Shown piece after piece: positions 9,199-17,100 of a stretch of DNA of 64,000 nucleotides. The position numbers and the translations under genes are program-made. How positions within the stretch are numbered: the first letter of the stretch is position 1; each line of letters starts with the position of its first letter. Origin of the DNA: Patescibacteria group bacterium (GTDB lineage Bacteria; Patescibacteriota; Patescibacteriia; SBBC01; CAIJZX01); NCBI GenBank assembly GCA_038065275.1, contig JBBTRH010000013.1, positions 32,106 through 96,105 on the forward strand. Reading direction: 5' to 3'. Below the pieces are notes generated by a model. The model ran no database searches. It had not been told where the DNA came from and was given only the letters and a program-made list of their open reading frames with translations.

Positions 9199-9930
9199 TT
9201 AGATAACGAATTCATATCCTGTCTTTTCAAGCTCCATTGCCAGTTCCGGCCCGCCCGTCTTCACGATTATCCCACCAATGAGCACCTGGACGACATCGGG
9301 TTTAATGTAATTGAGTAATCGTTGGTAGTGGGTAATGATCAACATACCGCGCTCGGGACTTCGTAGCGCGTTGACTCCGTCGGCCACGATTCTCAAGGCG
9401 TCGATATCCAACCCCGAATCCGTTTCGTCAAGAATGCACATCGACGGCTGTAATATCGCCATCTGCAGAATTTCCGCCCGCTTTTTTTCGCCCCCGGAAA
9501 ATCCTTCGTTGACGCCGCGGGTGATAAAATCTTCGTTCATGCCCATGGTCTTCATCTTATCCTGCATCATCGCGAAAAACTCCGGCACGGCCATTGGTTT
9601 GGTCCGTCGAGCATTCAGCGCCGTCCGTAAAAAGTTTCCCATCGATACGCCGGCCACTTCCGGCGGGTACTGGAACGACAGGAACAGTCCAAGTTTTGAA
9701 CGGTCGTCTGGACTCATCACCAGGACATCCTGCTCTTTGTATGTCACGCTACCGCTCGTCACTTCGTATTTCGGGTGACCCATGAGGGTGGCCGCCAAGG
9801 TCGATTTCCCCGATCCGTTCGGCCCCATGATGGCGTGGACCTGGCCGGCGGGGACGGTCAATGATAAACCTTTGAGAATCTCCTTATTCTCAACAGTGAC
9901 GTTTAGATTTGTAATGACCAGCTGATTCAT
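9199..9930 (-). CDS. sufC: Fe-S cluster assembly ATPase SufC
   Basis: Walker A GPNGSGKST, ABC signature LSGGEKKR, and a SufC-like length of 243 aa. Confidence 0.92.
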   Translation of the reverse strand: MNQLVITNLNVTVENKEILKGLSLTVPAGQVHAIMGPNGSGKSTLAATLMGHPKYEVTSGSVTYKEQDVLVMSPDDRSKLGLFLSFQYPPEVAGVSMGNFLRTALNARRTKPMAVPEFFAMMQDKMKTMGMNEDFITRGVNEGFSGGEKKRAEILQMAILQPSMCILDETDSGLDIDALRIVADGVNALRSPERGMLIITHYQRLLNYIKPDVVQVLIGGIIVKTGGPELAMELEKTGYEFVI

Positions 9931-10382
9931 GCCGGTAATTCCTTAACCGCGTGTTTTTGTAAACTTCCGTCGTCAGCCAGCCAAACTTCTGCCTCAAACT
10001 TTTTGCCTTGGATCAATCGCGGCAACCAAACACGGTCGTCCGCCCAACATTGATCATACGGAATGGCCTCGACCGGCCACCACTGCGGTCGCATTTCCTC
10101 GGTCTCGCGGGGTTCACCTTGGTACTCCTCCGTGCGAAAAACATGGACCAACCATTCTTTTCCGCCGGGGTCGTGAAAATGGATCCGCCCCTGTGGCTCA
10201 GCCAGCGTCACGTCCACCTCAATCTCCTCCTTTACTTCGCGCTTCGCCGCCGCTCGCGCTGTTTCTCCTGCTTTAAGCTTCCCGCCCGCCCCGTTCCACT
10301 TCCCCTGACCAAACCCTCGCTTCTTCATGGCGAGTAGAACCTGAGTGCCTTTGAAAATATATACGAGCGTGCCTTCAGTCAT
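9927..10382 (-). CDS. Nudix hydrolase
   Basis: Nudix box GKLKAGETARAAAKREVKEEIEV (Gx5Ex7REVxEE). Confidence 0.78.
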   Translation of the reverse strand: MTEGTLVYIFKGTQVLLAMKKRGFGQGKWNGAGGKLKAGETARAAAKREVKEEIEVDVTLAEPQGRIHFHDPGGKEWLVHVFRTEEYQGEPRETEEMRPQWWPVEAIPYDQCWADDRVWLPRLIQGKKFEAEVWLADDGSLQKHAVKELPA

Positions 10383-10405
10383 GCTTATTGCCTAAATCCT
10401 TCACC

Positions 10406-10798
10406 TTAAATCTTCTCTCTTAAATCTTTCAACTTTTTCAGGCATCCCCCGCACAACCCGCCGGCTCGCAGGGTGGCCACAAACACGCGTTGTTGACCGA
10501 ACATCCGCCGGTTGACGCTGGTCGGCAGGGTTTGGCTTTTTAGGCGCTGCGTTTTCCCGCACCGTTGACAGCTGAACTCCGCTTCGTGCCAGGCGTGGCC
10601 GATATAGCGACGCCCGCCATCGAGTCCTTCCACCGTGAAAATCTCGCCGCGGGCGACCAGGGTGTCAAGATTGCGGAATAGAGTCGCCTCAGCCAACTGC
10701 GGCAACCGGCGGCGAAGATCGGCCGAGGTCAGCGGCTCGGGAGCGAATTTCACCGCCCGGAGGATGGCTTGGCGTTGCGGACTGTGGCGGCGGCGCAT
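10406..10798 (-). CDS. Fur-family metalloregulator (Fur/PerR/Zur-like), first gene of the suf cluster
   Basis: N-terminal wHTH. H..H..CxxC and C-terminal CGGC metal sites. Size is 130 aa. Confidence 0.7.
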   Translation of the reverse strand: MRRRHSPQRQAILRAVKFAPEPLTSADLRRRLPQLAEATLFRNLDTLVARGEIFTVEGLDGGRRYIGHAWHEAEFSCQRCGKTQRLKSQTLPTSVNRRMFGQQRVFVATLRAGGLCGGCLKKLKDLREKI

Positions 10799-10804
10799 GG
10801 ACTT

Positions 10805-10825
10805 AAGTGAGAGTGACTCTCATTT
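10805..10825. promoter_or_regulatory. palindromic operator-like site AAGTGAGAGTGACTCTCATTT immediately upstream of the fur-family gene start
   Basis: 9/10 bp inverted repeat around a central G, abutting the ATG (10796-10798). Candidate autoregulatory box. Confidence 0.35.
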
Positions 10826-10934
10826 AGCGTAACATAATGTTTCCGGGTTGTCGACCCGCAATTGCGCGCCTCGAGTTGCTTTACACCGCCACGACAAAAA
10901 ATCCTGCCCACCGGCGGTGCGTCTCAAAATCGCC

Positions 10935-11063
10935 TTATTTTCCCGTAAACAGGTAGGCCACCGCGGCGACCGTACCGACGATCAAGCCGATGGCCAGGAT
11001 CAGGTAGATGGCCACGGAGTGTTTAGTCTTCGTGCTCGTGGTAGTGTTGGTCGGGGCGGACAT
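10935..11063 (-). CDS. small membrane ORF (42 aa, MSAPTNTTTSTKTKHSVAIYLILAIGLIVGTVAAVAYLFTGK)
   Basis: ATG directly follows the inverted-repeat element exactly as at dnaG, rpoD and groES. A single TM helix is predicted. Below the 60-aa ORF-track cutoff. Confidence 0.35.
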   Translation of the reverse strand: MSAPTNTTTSTKTKHSVAIYLILAIGLIVGTVAAVAYLFTGK

Positions 11064-11146
11064 ATCCCGTTAGAAACTACCTCTAATCGGCGTTGAATAC
11101 ATAGGGAAGAGATGTTGTGTCCCGCACTAGTTTCTAACGGGACATA
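11064..11146. repeat. long inverted-repeat element (ATCCCGTTAGAAACTAC ... TAGTTTCTAACGGGACAT) abutting the start codon
   Basis: Read directly. Same family as 34334, 36460 and 50223. Confidence 0.8.
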
Positions 11147-11265
11147 GGCCGGCAGTGTAGCACACTCACCCGGCCCCACGGAAGCCATGGGTGCCCGGCC
11201 TTCGTCCCGACGCGTGAGAGCCGGTCGGGACTTCGGCGGAGGAGGCTAAAACCGTAGAGCCGGGT

Positions 11266-12063
11266 TCACCGACTGACAACGAGCGCGATTTTGGCGCCCT
11301 GGTCGACGTCGCCGCCGTTCCAGTCGTGCATGGCGTTCATAATCACTTCCGGATCGTACAGGTAGTCGGCGCCGCGGCGCGTGCCGGGGTCGTTAGTGAT
11401 GAACCGGCCGTCCTTGGTGTACCCTTTCAAGACCAGCATATGATAGAGCGGGCCGGGCCGTTTGAAGTTCGGGTTTTTAAGCAACCGACCGGCGGCCGGC
11501 ACGACGACTGGTTGCCCAGCGGCGATGGCTGATTTGAGTTCGGCCACGGTCGGGTTGGTGAGCAGTTGGACCGAAGTGCCGCCATACAATCCCTCAACCA
11601 TCTGCGCGGTTTGGGCCGCCGTAGTGTCCTTGAAAAAACCGAAGGTGTCGAGTTCCCATTGTTTAATCTGCTGGAGGGCTGATTCGGCATCGGCGGCGTC
11701 AGCGATGCCGCGACCCTGGAAGAAGCGTCCGACCATCAGGACCGCCGCTTCCTCGCAAAATTCCTCGTGTTCCGCATCCCAGTTGGCGTTCGGCGCCTGA
11801 CTGGTGAACGGCACGGCCAGGTTTTTCTCCCGCGGCATCTCCGTCACCGGGATCCGGACCGTAACATCGTGAGGACGGTTGACGTCCGGCGGAGCGACCT
11901 GGTTCAGCGGCGGGGCGGTGGTGTTGATGGACGCCGGTTCGGCGGTCGGAATTTTCGGCGGCCTTAGGTCAGACCACCAGGAGCGAAGTCGTGAACTCGA
12001 CGCGCCCAGCCACAAGCCGGCCGAGACGGCGACGACCATGAACGCGAGGGTCGGGCGGGCCAC
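11266..12063 (-). CDS. membrane-anchored peptidase C39-like domain protein (BtrH-like cysteine peptidase fold)
   Basis: N-terminal TM. FCEEAAVLMV (Cys motif) and a later YHMLVLKGY...D His motif resemble the C39-like family. Confidence 0.45.
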   Translation of the reverse strand: MARPTLAFMVVAVSAGLWLGASSSRLRSWWSDLRPPKIPTAEPASINTTAPPLNQVAPPDVNRPHDVTVRIPVTEMPREKNLAVPFTSQAPNANWDAEHEEFCEEAAVLMVGRFFQGRGIADAADAESALQQIKQWELDTFGFFKDTTAAQTAQMVEGLYGGTSVQLLTNPTVAELKSAIAAGQPVVVPAAGRLLKNPNFKRPGPLYHMLVLKGYTKDGRFITNDPGTRRGADYLYDPEVIMNAMHDWNGGDVDQGAKIALVVSR

Positions 12064-12069
12064 GACCGC

Positions 12070-12789
12070 TCAGGCTTTTCCGTAGACCGGGATTTTCGCC
12101 CCGCTGGTGCCGCTGGCTACGTCTGACAACAGGTAACAGATCAGCTCGGCGATTTCGTCGGGCCGGACCCAGGTTGAGTAGTCGATATCGGGGAAGGCGT
12201 GCCGGTTGGCCGGCGTGTCGATGATGCTCGGCAGAACCGTGTTTGCGGTAATGTTGTGCGCCTTAACCTCGTTACTGACCGATTCCATCAGCCACATCAC
12301 GCCGACTTTGGCCACGTTGTAAGCGGCGGAGTTCGGACTGGCTTGGATCGCCTGGCGCGATCCAACGCCGACGATCCGGCCGTAATTCGCTTTGACCATG
12401 GCCGGCAGGACGGCCCGGGTCATCAGGAACGCGGAGTGCAGGTTGAGCGTCAATTGCGCGTTCCAGTCCTCCCAGCTCATGTCGATCACGGAATCACGGG
12501 CGTAGCCGCCGACCAGATTGGCCAGGCCGTCAATGCGGTGGAACTGGTTGATCACATGGTCGGTCAGTTCGGCCACCGCTTTCGGGCTGGTGACGTCAAC
12601 GTTAAACGGCGTCAAGTTCAGGCGTTGCTGATCGCTCAGTTTGGCCGACAAGACGTCGAGTTCTTCTTTCTTGGTGAATGTCACCACCGCTTGCGCGCCG
12701 CGCTCAAGCAGCTGGCGGACGACCGCCTGCCCGAGGGCGCCGGTGCCGCCGCTGACGATGATGACTCGTGAGGAAAAATCGTCGGTCAT
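12070..12789 (-). CDS. short-chain dehydrogenase/reductase (SDR) family oxidoreductase
   Basis: Gly-rich motif VSGGTGALG and YNVAK catalytic motif. Confidence 0.85.
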   Translation of the reverse strand: MTDDFSSRVIIVSGGTGALGQAVVRQLLERGAQAVVTFTKKEELDVLSAKLSDQQRLNLTPFNVDVTSPKAVAELTDHVINQFHRIDGLANLVGGYARDSVIDMSWEDWNAQLTLNLHSAFLMTRAVLPAMVKANYGRIVGVGSRQAIQASPNSAAYNVAKVGVMWLMESVSNEVKAHNITANTVLPSIIDTPANRHAFPDIDYSTWVRPDEIAELICYLLSDVASGTSGAKIPVYGKA

Positions 12790-12792
12790 AGG

Positions 12793-14388
12793 TTACGTCA
12801 ATTTCAGTCTACCATCAGTCCAGCGCCGCGCCAACTCGATCAGCCAGCGCGTTCCGGCGCCGGTCGCGCCCGGGGCCAGATGCTGACCTTCGATCGAGGA
12901 CATGGTCGGCGCGATATCGAGGTGGATCCAGGGCGTCTTCTTGATGAATTGGTAGAGGAACATCGCGCCTTCGATCGCCCCGCCCCAGCGCTCCTTGCCG
13001 GAATTGGTCACGTCGCCAAACGTGCCCTTCACCATCGGCGCGTACTCCTCCCACAGCGGTAGCGGCCAGCCATAGTCGCCGCTGGCTTCGGCGATCTCTT
13101 GAGCTTGTGTTCGTAGTTTGTCGTCAGGCGAGAACATCGCCATCGCCTGCTGTCCGAGCGCGACCACGGCCGCGCCGGTCAGCGTGGCCACGTCGACAAC
13201 CAGCACCGGTTCATAGTGTTTCTGCGCGTACGTCAACGCATCGGCCAGGATGACCCGTCCTTCGGCGTCGGTGTTGCCGACTTCGATCGTCGTGCCGGAC
13301 ATGGATCTCAGGACGTCACCGGGACGGAAACCCGAACCCGACGGCATGTTTTCCACCGCCGGGATAATGCCGATGACGTTGATCGGCAGTTTCAAGCGGC
13401 TGATGCCAACAAGCGCACCGAGCACCGCCGCTCCGCCGGCCATGTCCATGTGCATTTCTTGCATACCTGTCGACGGCTTGAGGTTGAGACCGCCGGAGTC
13501 GAAGGTTACGCCCTTACCAACAAGGACGAGTGGCTTGTGCTTCGCCGGTCCGCGGCGGTATTCCAGCACAATGAACCGCGGCAGTTCAGCACTCCCCTTC
13601 GCCACGCCCAGCAATGCACCCATGCCGAGCTTCTGCATTGCCGCTTCGTTGAGGACACGGCAGGTTAGCTTCTCTGCCTTGGCAATTTTCTGTGCTTCGG
13701 CCGCCATGATCCGCGGATTTAAATGGCTCCCCGGCGCGTTGGCCATCGCTCGGGCCATGTTCGTCGCCTCGCCGACCACAATGCCGCGCTTGATAGCGGT
13801 TTGCGCTTCGCGGCTGGCCGTGCCGATGATTGTCACGGATCGAACGTCGTGCCATCCGGATTTCGGCGCTTTCTTCAGCGCGTGGTAGTCGTAGTCGGCC
13901 AGCAGGAAGTTCTCGGCCATGTGGTTAGCGTTGTCCGGAATGAGGCGTAGCGGCATGATGGTCAATGAGCGCCACTTGTGCTCATGGGCTAGGCGAATCA
14001 CCTTCCGGTCGAGCAGTCGGTCACGCCGGTCGTTCCATTCTGCCCGTTTTCCCAAACCGGCCACGACAATGGTGGTGAACCGGCCGCGGACCAGCCGCAG
14101 GACGTGCGTGCTCGGCCACTCCATCGTCACGTCCTTCCGTCCGACCCAGGTTGACACGAGCTTGCGTACGTCCGTCGGGAGCTTGATCCAGTACGGATGT
14201 TCCTGAGGCTTCTGCTTCTCGAAGAACGCTAAGACAAGCGCGTCTGCTTTCGAGAGTGTCGTCGGCGGTCGGATGGTGATTTTCATGGGCACAGTATAAC
14301 GAAAAAGAGCCAGGGAAACAAGCTCACAAGGCGTGTTTTCTCTTTGTTCAACAACATACCCACGAGGAACAGGATGCTCTGTGCCCAA
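12793..14388 (-). CDS. pepA: leucyl aminopeptidase (M17 family)
   Basis: VGKGVTFDSGG and the NTDAEGRVILADAL signature. Confidence 0.9.
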   Translation of the reverse strand: MGTEHPVPRGYVVEQRENTPCELVSLALFRYTVPMKITIRPPTTLSKADALVLAFFEKQKPQEHPYWIKLPTDVRKLVSTWVGRKDVTMEWPSTHVLRLVRGRFTTIVVAGLGKRAEWNDRRDRLLDRKVIRLAHEHKWRSLTIMPLRLIPDNANHMAENFLLADYDYHALKKAPKSGWHDVRSVTIIGTASREAQTAIKRGIVVGEATNMARAMANAPGSHLNPRIMAAEAQKIAKAEKLTCRVLNEAAMQKLGMGALLGVAKGSAELPRFIVLEYRRGPAKHKPLVLVGKGVTFDSGGLNLKPSTGMQEMHMDMAGGAAVLGALVGISRLKLPINVIGIIPAVENMPSGSGFRPGDVLRSMSGTTIEVGNTDAEGRVILADALTYAQKHYEPVLVVDVATLTGAAVVALGQQAMAMFSPDDKLRTQAQEIAEASGDYGWPLPLWEEYAPMVKGTFGDVTNSGKERWGGAIEGAMFLYQFIKKTPWIHLDIAPTMSSIEGQHLAPGATGAGTRWLIELARRWTDGRLKLT

Positions 14389-14400
14389 TTTTTATTCAAG

Positions 14401-15165
14401 TTACGCCCCCGGAAACAGCTTGCCAAATCCGACAATCGTCAGGATACCGAGGACAAGCAGGCTGAACTGCAGCGCCATCCGCCCGACCCGCTTCTCGCGG
14501 TGGATTTCCGGGATCAGGTCGGCGGCGCTGATGTAGATGAAGTTACCGGCGGCGATGCCGATCAGCGGCAGTATCAGGCCTTGGATGTGCTGACTGACGA
14601 GGATGGTCACCCCCGCCCCGAAGGGACTGACCAGGGCGCCGAGGAAGTTCCAAAGCGCGACGTTCTTGCGGGACCAACCCGCGTGTAACATGATCGAGAA
14701 GTCACCGATCTCCTGCGGCAGTTCGTGGAAGAAGACGGCCAGGGCGGTCGTCGTCCCCAGGGCCGGACTGACGAGGTACGTCGCGGCAATGATCGTGCCA
14801 TCAATGAAATTGTGAATGCCGTCGCCGATCAGGATCAGCGGCGCCAGGACGGACTGGTGCTCGGCGTGGTGTTCTTCGGCGTGGCTGTGGTGGTGCCAAA
14901 GGAGGAGCTTCTCGATCAGGAAGAAGAACAGGAACCCGCCGACCACCCAGGCGAAGGTCGAGGTGATCTTCTCCGGCGCGTCGTGGACCGCCTCGGTCAG
15001 CAAGTCGAAAAAGGCCGCTCCGAGCAGGGCCCCAGCGGCGAAACTCACAAAGAGGCCAGAAAACTTCCGGGTCGCCCGATCTTTCCACAGCAGGAAGAAA
15101 CCGCCGGCCAGGCCGAGGATGCTGGACAGGACCGAGGCGAGGATGGCTTGGAGGGCAGGGGTCAT
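14401..15165 (-). CDS. zupT: ZIP family metal (zinc) transporter
   Basis: His-rich loop HHHSHAEEHHAEH, HELPQEIGDF motif, multiple TM helices. Confidence 0.78.
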   Translation of the reverse strand: MTPALQAILASVLSSILGLAGGFFLLWKDRATRKFSGLFVSFAAGALLGAAFFDLLTEAVHDAPEKITSTFAWVVGGFLFFFLIEKLLLWHHHSHAEEHHAEHQSVLAPLILIGDGIHNFIDGTIIAATYLVSPALGTTTALAVFFHELPQEIGDFSIMLHAGWSRKNVALWNFLGALVSPFGAGVTILVSQHIQGLILPLIGIAAGNFIYISAADLIPEIHREKRVGRMALQFSLLVLGILTIVGFGKLFPGA

Positions 15166-16526
15166 GGCACTAGCAGTATAGCATTCGGCAGGTTTCTTCC
15201 GGGACCGATGGTGTAGTTGCCGTTCTGGTAGAGCGCCGTCGACCCGCCGCCGTCGAGGTTAAGGGCATAATCGAGACCCATCGCCTGGGCTACGGCCGCC
15301 TCATCGATCACGGTCGCGCGGCGGACAATGCCGAAGGTGACCGTCGTCCCCTTCCAGCCGAGGAAGCTACGGAACGATTTGACGGTCGCTTGTTTGGTAT
15401 CAAGATGATTGCGGTTCAGGACGTTCATGCCGCCGATGACCATGATCGGGCTACTGCTGAGCGCCGCGCGAAGGACACCACTTCCGCCCGCGGCCAGCGA
15501 ATCGGCGGCCAGGCGCGTCCGCAGTTCAGCCAGGCTATGAAACTGCAGGGTCGGCGCGTAGTAGAAGAGGCGGTTGGTGGTGTCGATGGCTACGATGGGT
15601 TGCACCGTGTACTTCATCCGCACCTGGTTGATCATCGTCCCGGAAAAGGAATTGAACACCGGGTAAAAGTAGTACCCCGTTTGGCCGACGCAACTCGCAT
15701 ACTCATAAGGGCAGAAGTAGGTGCCGTGCATGCCGGCCACCGCTTTTCGGCGGTCGATGTATGTTTTTAAAGGCAAGGTCAAACAACCGTTCTTACAGTC
15801 GGCGTTCAGGGACGTGTCGGTCATGATCTTCAGCGTCGTCGCGCTCAAATCAAGCGTCATGACGTCGACCGTAAACTTTCCGCGGCTGGTGGCGACGGAC
15901 AGCTGGGTTCGTAACAGTCCGTTGGCTGGCTTGGGCGGCGCTGGCGGCGCGTCAAATCCAGCGGCGGCCGGAATCGCGGCCAGGTTGACGTTGGAGATGC
16001 CCAGGCTGAGCCGACGGAGAACGGCCAGGGATGGGGCGGTGAGTTCGTAACGCTGACGGTTGAGGGGCGAAACGTACCACTGGACAGCGTCGCCGCTCTG
16101 ATGAATGATGCGCCCAGCTAACCGTTGCCGAAGCGCTAAATTCCCGACGTCCGGACTGCCAGCCACCGGAATGTTCGCCAAGTTCGCGGATGAGACGGCT
16201 AGGCTGAGCCGACGGAGAACAACGTCGGCGCTCGTTTGATCGCCGAGGTAGTAGCGCCGCTGATTGGACGGCGATACAAACCACAAGGCGCCCCGGGCCT
16301 CAGTCTGGAGGAGAAACCGGCCGGCTAGGCGTTGCGCCAACGATGAGGCGGCCCGGGCCGGCGGCACGGTCAACCAGTCCACCTTTGCGCCAGGCGCTCC
16401 GACGGACAAGCCGATGACGACGCCGAGCAAGAGGGTGAAGATGACAAATCGACGCATACCGGATGAGTATATCATACCGATTACTTTCGGCTCGTGATGG
16501 CACCCCCACCCCCGGCTCCGCTTCAC
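15162..16526 (-). CDS. secreted protein with two tandem ~60-aa repeats and a C-terminal phosphodiester glycosidase (NAGPA-like) domain
   Basis: N-terminal TM/signal. Repeats LAQRLAGRF..WFVSPSNQRRYYL..VLRRLSL and LRQRLAGRI..WYVSPLNRQRYEL..VLRRLSL. C-terminal LNLDGGGSTAL motif. Confidence 0.5.
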   Translation of the reverse strand: MKRSRGWGCHHEPKVIGMIYSSGMRRFVIFTLLLGVVIGLSVGAPGAKVDWLTVPPARAASSLAQRLAGRFLLQTEARGALWFVSPSNQRRYYLGDQTSADVVLRRLSLAVSSANLANIPVAGSPDVGNLALRQRLAGRIIHQSGDAVQWYVSPLNRQRYELTAPSLAVLRRLSLGISNVNLAAIPAAAGFDAPPAPPKPANGLLRTQLSVATSRGKFTVDVMTLDLSATTLKIMTDTSLNADCKNGCLTLPLKTYIDRRKAVAGMHGTYFCPYEYASCVGQTGYYFYPVFNSFSGTMINQVRMKYTVQPIVAIDTTNRLFYYAPTLQFHSLAELRTRLAADSLAAGGSGVLRAALSSSPIMVIGGMNVLNRNHLDTKQATVKSFRSFLGWKGTTVTFGIVRRATVIDEAAVAQAMGLDYALNLDGGGSTALYQNGNYTIGPGRNLPNAILLVP

Positions 16527-16636
16527 TCCGCCACCCCTCCCTAATTAGGGAGGGGTTCGGGGGTGGGAGGGAACAGCGTTAACTCCGGTGATCACAACAC
16601 CCGCCCGTATTTTTCGGGCGGGTGCGTCAAATACTG

Positions 16637-16930
16637 TTAGTATTGGTTAGACCGGGGTGGGCGAGGTGTCATCGGCCGGGCTTCGTTGACGGTTAGAGTC
16701 CGTCCTTCGAAATCCTTGCCGTTGAACAGCTCGATCGCCTTCTGCGCTTCTTCATCCGTCGACATTTCGACGAAACCGAAGCCTTTAGAGCGCCCGGACA
16801 TCCGGTCGGTGATAACTGTCGCCGACACCACCGTGCCCGCTTGGGCAAACGCGTTCTGAAGCGCGTCCTGGGTGGTGCTGTACGGCAGACCGCCGATGTA
16901 GAGTTTATTGGCCATGGATAGAGAATTCAT
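16637..16930 (-). CDS. RNA-binding protein with an RRM domain
   Basis: RNP2 LYIGGL and RNP1 KGFGFVEM motifs. Confidence 0.88.
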   Translation of the reverse strand: MNSLSMANKLYIGGLPYSTTQDALQNAFAQAGTVVSATVITDRMSGRSKGFGFVEMSTDEEAQKAIELFNGKDFEGRTLTVNEARPMTPRPPRSNQY

Positions 16931-17100
16931 CTAGACTGACGCGCACCGACCTTATTCTCCACCATGTTCCGTTGTTGACGGTCGACGCATGAAGAAGTGC
17001 GCGGTAAAAAGGAGTATACCACATTTTTGGCCGTCAAGGAAAAGCGGCGGCGGCCGCTCCGGAGGAGGAATTGCCTCCTGGGTAGCGTCGACGTTTCGGT

